Part shown: positions 26,535-34,386 of the stretch, piece after piece | How positions within the stretch are numbered: position 1 is the first letter of the stretch | How the letters are laid out: each line of letters opens with the position of its first letter | Source: a virus | Lineage: Duplodnaviria > Caudoviricetes | Length of the DNA: 38,465 nt | IMG/VR virus record: IMGVR_UViG_3300044983_000082 | Span: 1-38,465 of that record | Reading direction: 5' to 3' (one strand) | Position numbers and translations under genes: made by a program | The notes under the pieces: model-generated | What the model was told of the DNA's origin: nothing | Seen by the model: the letters and a program-made list of their open reading frames with translations, nothing else | Databases searched by the model: none

Positions 26535-28357
26535 TAGCTGTACTCCTCCACGATGAATTGACCTGCGAAACCATTTGCGCCCGCCGAGTTGGCTGTGGTC
26601 GTGCCGTTCGCCTGCCCGCCCCCGCCAGCGCCAGGGCCACCGCCTGCTGCTCCATTGGAGACGGTGGTCACAGCCACGCCAGGACTGCCGCCGGTGCCCC
26701 AGGGCGTGCTGCCGCCCTTGCCGCCAGCGGCGGGGTTTGCTGCGGCAGACGGGCGAATGCCGTAGTCGCCGCGCTCGCCGGCAGTGAACCAGTCGGCGTT
26801 CGTAGCGCCGCCCCCTCCGAGCCCGCCAGACTGGATTGCGACAGTGGCGCCAGCTGCCAGCTTGATGCCGCCCGAGCCAGAGGGCAGGGTCAGCGTCACG
26901 CTGTTGTAGGCCCAGGTTGACGCGCCGCCGTTGCCGCCGTTTGCGCCCGAGCTGCCAGTGCCGGCCGCCCCGACGGTGTAGGTCGAGGTCGTGACGCCCG
27001 CGGCGATGGTGTAGACCTTCTCGCCGTACGTGCCAGACCCGCCACCAGAACCGAGCGATCCGGCCGTTACGCCGCCGCCATCCGCCCCGCCGCCCGCCCC
27101 GCCGCCCGCGACACCGCGCACGACGAAGAACCGGGCCTCCGGGTTGTGGGTGAAGGTCGCAGCCGTGCCTGTCGTCAGGACGGTGCGCGAGAGCAGCCGA
27201 CCGTGGGGGCTCGTGCACAGGAAGCGCCAGCGCGAGGTCGTGTCGTCGTAGCGGAACCAGGCGCCCGACCTCGGGCCCAGCTTCATGTTGATCGAGTCGG
27301 GCAGCAGGAACTGATTCGCCGCAGTGCTGACCGTCTGATGCGTGATCGTGAGCGAGTCCACGCTGTCGATGTTCTCGATCAGCAGTAGCTCTCCGTTCGG
27401 CGTTAGGCCGTCGGGGACGACGCCGGTCAGCGTCTGGTCTCCGGTCAGCGTGACGCGGATTCCCATCACGCCGCGCGACGTGCGCGCATAGTTGTCCTGC
27501 TGCGCCGCCCAGGTGACCTGGTCCTGGCTCGGGACCCACAGCTTCGGCATCTGCGCGACGCAGCGCCAGCGGCTGTTGTTGTAGATCAGCATCACGGCAT
27601 CGTTCTTGAACAGCCGCAGATCTCGAATGTCGGGCGTCCTGATCGAGGTCGTCGTGTTGCCGTTGTTCTCGATCAGCGTCACGACGTCCGAGGTCGTGGC
27701 GTCGCGCATGTGCAGGATGAACCAGAAGCCGTCAGGCTTGGCCGTGAACCCGTCGATGTTCGCGTCCGTCACGCTCTGCAGGGTGTAGACGCCCCCGCAC
27801 TGCAGCGCCGAGATGTCGACCACGTTCAGGTCGCCGGCCGTCGGGGTCATGTTGACGGTACTGGTCGAGCCGGTGTAGCTGACGGCATCGGCGACGATGG
27901 TGATCGCGTTGCCGACGTTGACGTTCAGGGTGTCGCCGCTGAAGCTCAGGCCGTCGCCCGCGGTCGGGTAGCCTGCAGCTCGGTCCGTGGCCCAGCCGCC
28001 CTTGCCATTGCTGACCACGTCGATCATGCTCACGTAGCCGGCGGCCAGCGTGAAGGACGTCGCGCCGTTGATCGTCCCGGAGACCGGGCGCACACGGCAC
28101 GTCCCCAGAGCTCCGTTGACGAACAGCGTGATGCGCTTGCCGAAGTTCGAGCCTACAGCAGCGGGAATCGTCACCTCCTGCCCGGCCGCGCGCGGCGCCA
28201 GATGCCGGAAGGTGCCGGCCTCGACGGCTACACGCGCGTCCACCACAGCCGGGAAGGACGGCTGCGCAACGTTCGAGTCTACGGCCTTGGAGAGGTCGGA
28301 GAGCGCCCGAGAAGTTAGGGCGTCCTGAACGGTCGGCGGAGCGACGCGGTTTGCCAC
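26534..28357 (-). CDS. Tail fibre / receptor-binding protein with glycine-rich C-terminal domain
   Basis: Three repeated beta modules each ending in W, then GGGAGGG-type polyglycine domain ending FIVEEY. Confidence 0.85.
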   Translation of the reverse strand: MANRVAPPTVQDALTSRALSDLSKAVDSNVAQPSFPAVVDARVAVEAGTFRHLAPRAAGQEVTIPAAVGSNFGKRITLFVNGALGTCRVRPVSGTINGATSFTLAAGYVSMIDVVSNGKGGWATDRAAGYPTAGDGLSFSGDTLNVNVGNAITIVADAVSYTGSTSTVNMTPTAGDLNVVDISALQCGGVYTLQSVTDANIDGFTAKPDGFWFILHMRDATTSDVVTLIENNGNTTTSIRTPDIRDLRLFKNDAVMLIYNNSRWRCVAQMPKLWVPSQDQVTWAAQQDNYARTSRGVMGIRVTLTGDQTLTGVVPDGLTPNGELLLIENIDSVDSLTITHQTVSTAANQFLLPDSINMKLGPRSGAWFRYDDTTSRWRFLCTSPHGRLLSRTVLTTGTAATFTHNPEARFFVVRGVAGGGAGGGADGGGVTAGSLGSGGGSGTYGEKVYTIAAGVTTSTYTVGAAGTGSSGANGGNGGASTWAYNSVTLTLPSGSGGIKLAAGATVAIQSGGLGGGGATNADWFTAGERGDYGIRPSAAANPAAGGKGGSTPWGTGGSPGVAVTTVSNGAAGGGPGAGGGGQANGTTTANSAGANGFAGQFIVEEYS

Positions 28358-28361
28358 GAGC

Positions 28362-29159
28362 TTATCCGCCCCACGGCCCGCGCCCGTTGTACGACTGGGA
28401 CCGGGTCCACGTCTTGGGTCCAGCAGCGGTCGGAGCTTGCGACTTCATGCGCTCGGCGACCGTCCCCTCGTTGCCGGGGTTCAGCTGGAAGTCGATGGCC
28501 TGCATCTTCTTGGCCATGTCCTTGTCGCGGATGGCGCAGACGCGCTGCATCGCGGTCATCATGTGCCACTGCTTCCAGTCGGCGTTGTGGTAGGCGTAGA
28601 CGTCGGTCGTGGCCGTAAGCGCCGTGAACTCCTGCATGCTCCAGAGCACGTAGGAGCCGCCATTCGGAATCGGCCAGATGGCGATCTGGCCAGCGACGCT
28701 CAGGTTCGCGCCCGAGGTCACGCCGCCCGAGAGCCAGCACCACTCCTCGGGGAACCCGCGCCGGTTCGGCTCGATGAAGTGGTCGCGCGTCTGCAGGAAC
28801 GTCACCTCGTCCAGTCGACGCCAGCGGCCGTTGCTCAGCTTCGCGTCGACAGCCTTGATCTGGAGCACAGTGCCGGGCGTGCCGGGCGTGCCCGCGGTGC
28901 CCACGCTGATCACGGCGTAGGTCTCGCCAGCTTCGACTGCGCTGGTCGGCATCGCGGTGGTCGTCCCGCGGTTCAGGAACTGGGTGTATCCCCACTCCGT
29001 GACCTGATCGCGCATCTGGCGATAGGAGTCATTGAAGATCGGGAGCAGGTTGGCGCTCGGGTGGCGCCCGACGGCCGTACCGAGGCCCTGAAGGTCCGCC
29101 ATGAAACGGAACTCGCCCTCGAAACCAGTCGTTGCCGTGCCGAGTGCCAGGGTGAACAA
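28362..29159 (-). CDS. Head-tail adaptor (tail tubular protein A-like)
   Basis: 265 aa; R..AD...N..Y, G.P, IWPIP pattern; TTG start with GGAG SD. Confidence 0.7.
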   Translation of the reverse strand: MFTLALGTATTGFEGEFRFMADLQGLGTAVGRHPSANLLPIFNDSYRQMRDQVTEWGYTQFLNRGTTTAMPTSAVEAGETYAVISVGTAGTPGTPGTVLQIKAVDAKLSNGRWRRLDEVTFLQTRDHFIEPNRRGFPEEWCWLSGGVTSGANLSVAGQIAIWPIPNGGSYVLWSMQEFTALTATTDVYAYHNADWKQWHMMTAMQRVCAIRDKDMAKKMQAIDFQLNPGNEGTVAERMKSQAPTAAGPKTWTRSQSYNGRGPWGG

Positions 29160-29189
29160 TATTCGCGCTCCGTGAAGGTTTCTCGCAGC

Positions 29190-29450
29190 TTAGAACGGCA
29201 TCGCCGGGGGCTGTCCGCCACCCGAACCGCTCATCCCACCCATGTTCGACATCACGCCGAGGATGGCGCGCTGCAGCGCCGCCAGCTGCTTGTCGTCGAG
29301 ATCGAGCCCGGTGTCCTGCATGTCGGCCGCGAACATCGGATCGACGTCCTCGGACGGGTCCTCGGTGTTCTCGTCCGCCAGGTCTGGGTCGCCCGGCTGC
29401 TCGGTGTCGGCTTCGAGGTCGTCGTTCATGTCGAGTTCAGGGAGAGCCAT
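29190..29450 (-). CDS. Small very acidic protein, 86 aa
   Basis: AGAGGA SD, ATG 29450 (MALPELDMNDDLEAD...). Confidence 0.75.
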   Translation of the reverse strand: MALPELDMNDDLEADTEQPGDPDLADENTEDPSEDVDPMFAADMQDTGLDLDDKQLAALQRAILGVMSNMGGMSGSGGGQPPAMPF

Positions 29451-29592
29451 GCTTTTTCCTCTTCTTGCGCCGGCTGCGGCGCTGAATGTCGTAGGCGATT
29501 GCTGCTGCCTGAGCTTTCGGCTTACCGGCCGCGACTTCTCGGCCGATGTTCTCGCCGCGCGTCGCGTTGCTGGCGCCGTACTTGAGCGGCAT
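29437..29592 (-). CDS. Small basic protein, 51 aa (MPLKYGASNATRGENIGREVAAGKPKAQAAAIAY...RRSRRKKRKK), not in ORF track
   Basis: MPLK.G......NI..E...GKP..QA.AIA pattern recurrent in phage head regions; leaderless promoter upstream. Confidence 0.75.
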   Translation of the reverse strand: MPLKYGASNATRGENIGREVAAGKPKAQAAAIAYDIQRRSRRKKRKKHGSP

Positions 29593-29598
29593 AGCTCT

Positions 29599-29627
29599 AT
29601 TCTACCACGTCTTACGACGGCTGGCCA
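29599..29627 (-). promoter_or_regulatory. Promoter TGGCCA-N17-TAGAAT with extended -10 TG, 6 nt before ATG
   Basis: - strand reads TGGCCA gccgtcgtaagacgtgg TAGAAT agagct ATG. Confidence 0.6.
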
Positions 29628-29962
29628 GCTGGAAGCTGGGGGTCGCAGGCGTTGAAGCTCTCGACGATGGCGTCTGCCTCGGCCTGAGTGACCTTCAGCG
29701 TCCCGAGGACCGAGCCTAGATTGACGTGGCCCGCGTACATCTCGCGCACGAGGTCGCTGGCATCGAAGACGGACCCGACAACGGGCTCCAGCGCCTTCAC
29801 ACGGCACTCGAACAGGTCCCCCCTGGCCTGCTGTGCCGGCGTCAGCTGCGTGCAGCCTGTGCCGTAGGAGACGCCCAGCGCGGCAAGCACGGCCAGCACG
29901 AGCGAGAGCACCGCCTTTCGGACGGCGGGAGAAGCGAACACGGCCTTGATCTTGTCGTTCAT
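29612..29962 (-). CDS. Putative lipoprotein (spanin-like candidate)
   Basis: Basic N-terminus, hydrophobic AVLSLVLAVLAALGV, GTG-C lipobox-like site, two further Cys. Confidence 0.7.
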   Translation of the reverse strand: MNDKIKAVFASPAVRKAVLSLVLAVLAALGVSYGTGCTQLTPAQQARGDLFECRVKALEPVVGSVFDASDLVREMYAGHVNLGSVLGTLKVTQAEADAIVESFNACDPQLPAGQPS

Positions 29963-30017
29963 GGGAATAGGAGCCCGTTATTGTTGCGATCCGCCACGGA
30001 GCCGGGCGGGTGTTCTG

Positions 30018-30401
30018 TTACGGGAGCTTGGCGAGGATGCGGTCGAGCACCCCCATCAGCTTGTCCTCGCGCAGCTGACCGATGTCGCGCTGCAGAGCGT
30101 CGGCCTTCATGCCGGCCAGCTGCTTCTCGATGGAAGCGAACCGGTCCGCATTCCGGATCTCGGCGTCCTTCTGCGCGACCACGAGGTCGAACTTCGCCTG
30201 GACCGTCTCTCGCTTGCCCGCCTCGACGTCCCGGTGGACGTGCTGCGTGCGGAGGGCGCCAAACTGGGCGTCCTGGTTTCGCTCCACGCTCGCACCGGAG
30301 TGCGAGACGAGAGCCGCCTGAAAGGAATCGTCGCCGCTATCCTGGCCCGTTGCGTAGAACGGGTAGGGGGTTGCGGCCACGACGGGGTTTGAATCTGCCA
30401 T
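30018..30401 (-). CDS. Coiled-coil hypothetical protein (frame also open to GTG 30551)
   Basis: ATG 30401 preferred because 30402-30554 is hairpin-rich; heptad C-terminus. Confidence 0.7.
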   Translation of the reverse strand: MADSNPVVAATPYPFYATGQDSGDDSFQAALVSHSGASVERNQDAQFGALRTQHVHRDVEAGKRETVQAKFDLVVAQKDAEIRNADRFASIEKQLAGMKADALQRDIGQLREDKLMGVLDRILAKLP

Positions 30402-30554
30402 ACGTATACTCTCACTGTTCACGGAGAGCGCCGGCCCGCCCTCCGCAAGATGAAGGGGAACCGGCTCGGGGCTAAGTGCCACGGCGCTTTTTGCGACGGG
30501 CTCCACGCTCTCCGGGGGTCTGTTGACCCCGGAGATGTGAAACTGGCTCACGAA

Positions 30555-31193
30555 TTAGTCGGTGACGGGCAGAGTCTGCGCGATCAGCGGGTACACGAGC
30601 ACGCGCACCTGCCAGAACATGTCGATGTTCGTGATGCCGGTGATCGACAGACGGACCTTGTTGCCCGACTGCTCGACCTTGACGTCCGGAACGATCAGCG
30701 AGGAGCCGAGGAAGTCGCCGCGGGCGACGGAAACCAGGTTCCCGCCCTCCTTGGTGGCCGTCGCAGCGTCCGTGCCGAACGTGATGTCCGTCAGACCGAC
30801 CAGGGGCGTAGCCCCACCCGCGACCATCGCCTTGCGGAGCAGGAGGCCCGCATCGGCGTCCGCCGTGATGTAGGCTTCCAGATCGACGCGCCGGATGGTG
30901 TTCGCCGTCAGGAAGTCGACCAGCTGATCGCTCAGGTTGAAGGTCGTAACGGTGTCGTTCGTCTCGGTCTGGCCCAGGAGCTGGAAAGTCGTGTAGCCAT
31001 CGACCGCCATCTGGAGCGCCTGCGCAGCGATGCCGCCGGCAGTGATACCCGCAGCCGCCTCGGCGGTCGTGGGAGCGAAGCCCTGGCCGTCGAGGCCGAG
31101 CTTCAGGAGGGCAGCGCGCGAGAACTGTTCCAGGCGCTGGCAATAGGCCTTCACGGGCCCGGAGTTGACGAGAGCAGCAGTTAGTGCAGCCAT
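30555..31193 (-). CDS. Putative virion structural protein
   Basis: 212 aa beta-rich, AAGGA SD, second gene after MCP. Confidence 0.7.
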   Translation of the reverse strand: MAALTAALVNSGPVKAYCQRLEQFSRAALLKLGLDGQGFAPTTAEAAAGITAGGIAAQALQMAVDGYTTFQLLGQTETNDTVTTFNLSDQLVDFLTANTIRRVDLEAYITADADAGLLLRKAMVAGGATPLVGLTDITFGTDAATATKEGGNLVSVARGDFLGSSLIVPDVKVEQSGNKVRLSITGITNIDMFWQVRVLVYPLIAQTLPVTD

Positions 31194-31218
31194 GTTCTAT
31201 TCCTTGAAAGTGCCGGGA

Positions 31219-31599
31219 TTACGGCTGGCCCACGAGGAGCGCGATGTAGATGACCGAACCGTCGGTCGGGGTTACGGGGGTGTCGACCGTCTCGGAGGTC
31301 GTCTCGAATGCGTACGTGCCTGCGGTGGCGCTCAGGCCTTCGCAGTGAACCGACTGGCCTACGCCAGCGGCTTCAGCGTTGCGGTCAACGAGGACGTTCA
31401 GCCAGTGCGCCGTAACGCCCGGGGGGAACGTGCCGGTGAACTGACCCGCCGCGCCGATGGCGATGGTGACGCCGGGAGAGCTCGACGCCGCTTCGATCAC
31501 GGGAGAGCCCGAGGTCATCACGGCCTTGATCAGGACGAGCGACAGGTCGCCCAGCTTGACCGGAGAGAAGATGTTTCGTGCAGTGTCCAGAAGTGCCAT
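31219..31599 (-). CDS. Putative capsid decoration protein
   Basis: 126 aa beta-rich, immediately downstream of MCP, AAAGGA SD. Confidence 0.65.
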   Translation of the reverse strand: MALLDTARNIFSPVKLGDLSLVLIKAVMTSGSPVIEAASSSPGVTIAIGAAGQFTGTFPPGVTAHWLNVLVDRNAEAAGVGQSVHCEGLSATAGTYAFETTSETVDTPVTPTDGSVIYIALLVGQP

Positions 31600-31624
31600 G
31601 TCTTGGTGTCCTTTAGTAAGTGAC

Positions 31625-31648
31625 GCGGGCCGACGAATGCCGGCCCGC
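31625..31648 (-). terminator. Hairpin just after the MCP stop
   Basis: GCGGGCCG-N8-CGGCCCGC perfect 8-bp stem; weak U-tract. Confidence 0.55.
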
Positions 31649-31655
31649 TATCCCA

Positions 31656-32930
31656 TTACACAGTCGCCGAGATGTGGCAGTGCTTGAACGGTGCACCCAT
31701 CACGGTCGCGATGTACGACACGGGACGGAGCTCCAGGTCGTTGGAGTTCGCCATGCGGGAAACGATGCTCCCGTCCTGGTCGACCATCTCTGCCACCGCG
31801 CCGTTAGGCGAGTGCCAGTTGATGTCGCCCTGGGCGAGGATGAAGTACCGACCGCGCGGCACCTGGGGCTCGGAGACGATCATCAGCGGGCCGTTCGCCG
31901 TCTCGCAGGTCAGGGCGGTGTAGCCGTCCTTCTGGCTGACGTCGGGGCTGCGCTGCAGCTGCGTGTGCAGCTCCTCTTCAATGCGTCCCCAGTCGGTCGG
32001 GTTCGCGTAGACGCAGTCGATCTCCGAGTTCTCGGACATGTAGCCGAGCTGCTCCCGGTGCTCGTTCACGGTGCGCTTGATGCGCGACATGCCAGAGCGG
32101 CCGGTCAGCGAGGCGTCAGCCGGGCAGAAGCCGGACAGGATCGAGTCGATGCTCCGGTCGACACCGTTCAGCGTCGAGGTCGCCACTGCCTGGGGCAGGT
32201 ACGCCTGGAGCGGGGTCATGATGTCGTTCGTCCCGGGAAGGAACTCGCCCTCTCGGAAGTAGAAGTTCGTCGCAGCCCAGTTCGCCGGCTGGCCCGCGGT
32301 GCCGCCCGAGGTCGTCGAGACGGTGACGGTGCCTGCCTTCAGGTCGCGCGAGATCACGAAGCCAGTGCCGGAGCCGGCAACCAGGACGTGAGACGAGCTG
32401 GAGCCATCGTTCGCCGAGACCACGATCTGGTCGCCGGGCACGAAGTTCGAGGCCTCCTGAGCCGTCAGGCCGGAGATCACGCCAGCCGCACAAGCGCGAG
32501 CCGCAGCAACCAGCGACGTGCCGGGGTTCGCGAACCAGACGCGGACCAGCTCCGCGCCGTGCTGCTTCAGAGCCAGGTCGGTGTCGAACTGGAGAGCGCG
32601 CGCCGCAGCGTCCTTGTCCTTGCGGGAGACCGCGATGTCCTTGTGGGGGACGCGAATCGAGCCCTCGTAGGTGCCGAAGGGCACGAGCCACTGGAGCTTG
32701 CGAGAGTTCTTCTGGTTGGCCGAGATGCCCTGCGCCGTAGCCAGGTCACCAGACGAGCCGCGGTGCCCGTAGAGGACGAACCGCTTGGACACGGCTTCGC
32801 CGCCGTTGTCCTGGAAGTTGACACGCTTGAGCCAAGGGGAACCCTTGATCGACGCGGCGTGAACGCGGTCGAGCTTCATGTACCAACGGTTCAGCCAGTT
32901 GGTCGCGAAAGAGGTCAGAGCAGCAGCCAT
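31656..32930 (-). CDS. Major capsid protein (HK97-like fold, probable insertion domain)
   Basis: 424 aa with own promoter and downstream hairpin; backbone-helix segment AAARALQFDTDLAL, LNGVDRS, YANPTDW, C-terminal P...C.I. Confidence 0.85.
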   Translation of the reverse strand: MAAALTSFATNWLNRWYMKLDRVHAASIKGSPWLKRVNFQDNGGEAVSKRFVLYGHRGSSGDLATAQGISANQKNSRKLQWLVPFGTYEGSIRVPHKDIAVSRKDKDAAARALQFDTDLALKQHGAELVRVWFANPGTSLVAAARACAAGVISGLTAQEASNFVPGDQIVVSANDGSSSSHVLVAGSGTGFVISRDLKAGTVTVSTTSGGTAGQPANWAATNFYFREGEFLPGTNDIMTPLQAYLPQAVATSTLNGVDRSIDSILSGFCPADASLTGRSGMSRIKRTVNEHREQLGYMSENSEIDCVYANPTDWGRIEEELHTQLQRSPDVSQKDGYTALTCETANGPLMIVSEPQVPRGRYFILAQGDINWHSPNGAVAEMVDQDGSIVSRMANSNDLELRPVSYIATVMGAPFKHCHISATV

Positions 32931-33057
32931 GAGATCCTACCTGTGGAATGAGACGCCGTGAGGCGTTCGGGTCTGGCCTTGGGAAGGGGCCGACAATCCC
33001 ACAGGTGGCTTAGTGAAGGCGCGAGCTGAAGCGCCAGGCCACGAGAAACAAGCTCTT
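32931..33057 (-). promoter_or_regulatory. Structured 5' leader of the MCP mRNA
   Basis: 11-bp ACCUGUGGGAU/AUUCCACAGGU helix enclosing two hairpins and ending at the AGGA SD. Confidence 0.6.
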
Positions 33058-33063
33058 ACATCA

Positions 33064-33092
33064 AGGATAGCGCGAAGCAGGCGGCCGGTCAA
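33064..33092 (-). promoter_or_regulatory. sigma70-like promoter TTGACC-N17-TATCCT for the capsid operon
   Basis: - strand reads TTGACC ggccgcctgcttcgcgc TATCCT. Confidence 0.7.
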
Positions 33093-33103
33093 GAACATTC
33101 CGC

Positions 33104-33155
33104 GCCGGCCGAGGGTGCACCCGTCAGGTTGTCAGTCCTGACGTCCCCGGCCGGC
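33104..33155 (-). other. Long intergenic stem-loop with asymmetric internal loop
   Basis: GCCGGCCGGGG/CCUCGGCCGGC outer stem and CGUCAGG/CCUGACG inner stem. Confidence 0.55.
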
Positions 33156-33171
33156 CCGGCATACCACGGTT

Positions 33172-33657
33172 TTATGGCCTGGGCACCGCAGCTAAGCCCG
33201 TCTCGAAAGTTCTGAAGTCGACGCCGCCCCCACAATCGGTTCTGCGGCGCGCGACAACCCCGAAGGCACGTCGGACGCAAGCCTTGATGTCGGGGCAAGC
33301 CTCGGGGCAGCCAACGCCCAGCAACCACCCGATGCACAGGTCGCCGCCCGAGCCGATGGCCGAGAGCCCGGGAGCCTCGGACCAGACGCGCTGGTCCTGC
33401 ACTTTGAACACGTGGCCGTCTGGAGTCATCACGAGCGCCACGCTGTCCTTGTCCACGTGCTCGATCAGGTCCTCGACCAGCTGGGCGCCCTTGCGGATGG
33501 CCCTGCGGACGTCCAGCGTCGAGGTAGCGTTGCCGGCAGCGGCCGCGATCAGGTGCGGGTTCTTGGCGATCTTCACGAGCGAGCCCTTGGCCCCGTCGGC
33601 CTCGGTCACGCAGCGGTCAGCTGCCATCCAGCCTTTGCCGGCAACGATGCACGTCAT
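33172..33657 (-). CDS. HslV / proteasome beta-subunit-like Ntn-hydrolase peptidase
   Basis: M-T-CIVA (N-terminal Thr nucleophile), MAADRCVT, VKI, AAAG, AIGSGG, D..CGG; GGAGGT SD. Confidence 0.8.
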   Translation of the reverse strand: MTCIVAGKGWMAADRCVTEADGAKGSLVKIAKNPHLIAAAAGNATSTLDVRRAIRKGAQLVEDLIEHVDKDSVALVMTPDGHVFKVQDQRVWSEAPGLSAIGSGGDLCIGWLLGVGCPEACPDIKACVRRAFGVVARRRTDCGGGVDFRTFETGLAAVPRP

Positions 33658-33662
33658 AGCGA

Positions 33663-33854
33663 TTACCTCCGGCCGAGCTTGCGGCCCACGTGTCGACGGA
33701 CGGCCCAGAGCCAGAACCCGACGGTCGTGTTCGTGTATTGCAGCCAGGAGACGAACTCCCAGAGCAGGAAAAGAACGAGCAGTCCAGTTGCAGCCATGCA
33801 GTGACCTTCCTTGAAGAGAAGACCCACAGCGAGCCCGGTTAGCCCCGGCGCCAT
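33663..33854 (-). CDS. Small membrane protein, holin candidate
   Basis: Hydrophobic GLLVLFLLWEFVSWL, basic C-terminus RRHVGRKLGRR; near endolysin. Confidence 0.55.
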   Translation of the reverse strand: MAPGLTGLAVGLLFKEGHCMAATGLLVLFLLWEFVSWLQYTNTTVGFWLWAVRRHVGRKLGRR

Positions 33855-34309
33855 GACAGTCTCCTCGGTTGTTCGACCTCCGATGCAGGCACTCTGATCG
33901 GCGCTTCGTAGGTGCCGAACGGAATGTCCGTGAACAGGCCCGAGTACATGATGTCTCGGAACTCGCGCTCCTTCTGCTTCAGCAGCATCATGAACGGCGA
34001 CGCGCGCATCGACAGCTCATGCACGCGGTCGAGCGGCTTGTACCAGCGCTTCATCCAGACGTGTGTGTTGAAGTCGCTGTTCGCGCGGTCGCTCCACGGT
34101 CGCAGCTCGCAGTCGAGCCCCAGCACGTTGTAGAGCTCCCACTGCGTGGGCGGAAGCGACTCCTCGTCCAGGCTGTCGCCCGGGTCGAGCTCAGGCTTCA
34201 GACCCAGGGCCGAGCAACGGCGGGCTAGCCACGCCTCCCGCCAGACTCTTGGATGGTCCTTCGTCGAGGTCTCGGACGAGGTAGGTGAATTGGAAGAGAG
34301 CTCGGCCAT
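33839..34309 (-). CDS. Hypothetical protein (start uncertain)
   Basis: GGAG SD, 156 aa ORF in the operon direction. Confidence 0.6.
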   Translation of the reverse strand: MAELSSNSPTSSETSTKDHPRVWREAWLARRCSALGLKPELDPGDSLDEESLPPTQWELYNVLGLDCELRPWSDRANSDFNTHVWMKRWYKPLDRVHELSMRASPFMMLLKQKEREFRDIMYSGLFTDIPFGTYEAPIRVPASEVEQPRRLSWRRG

Positions 34310-34386
34310 CGATTCTGGTCTCCAGGTCGGGGGTTGATGGCGTCAGGCCATGAAAGCCAACGCGCGGGGGACGACGTGTAGTCATC

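Noticed and set aside
34191-34385. Alternative - strand ORF MTTRRPPRVGFHG... right after the endolysin
   Set aside because: Overlaps ORF 33839-34309 by 119 nt and lacks a clear SD; cannot be supported, though not excluded
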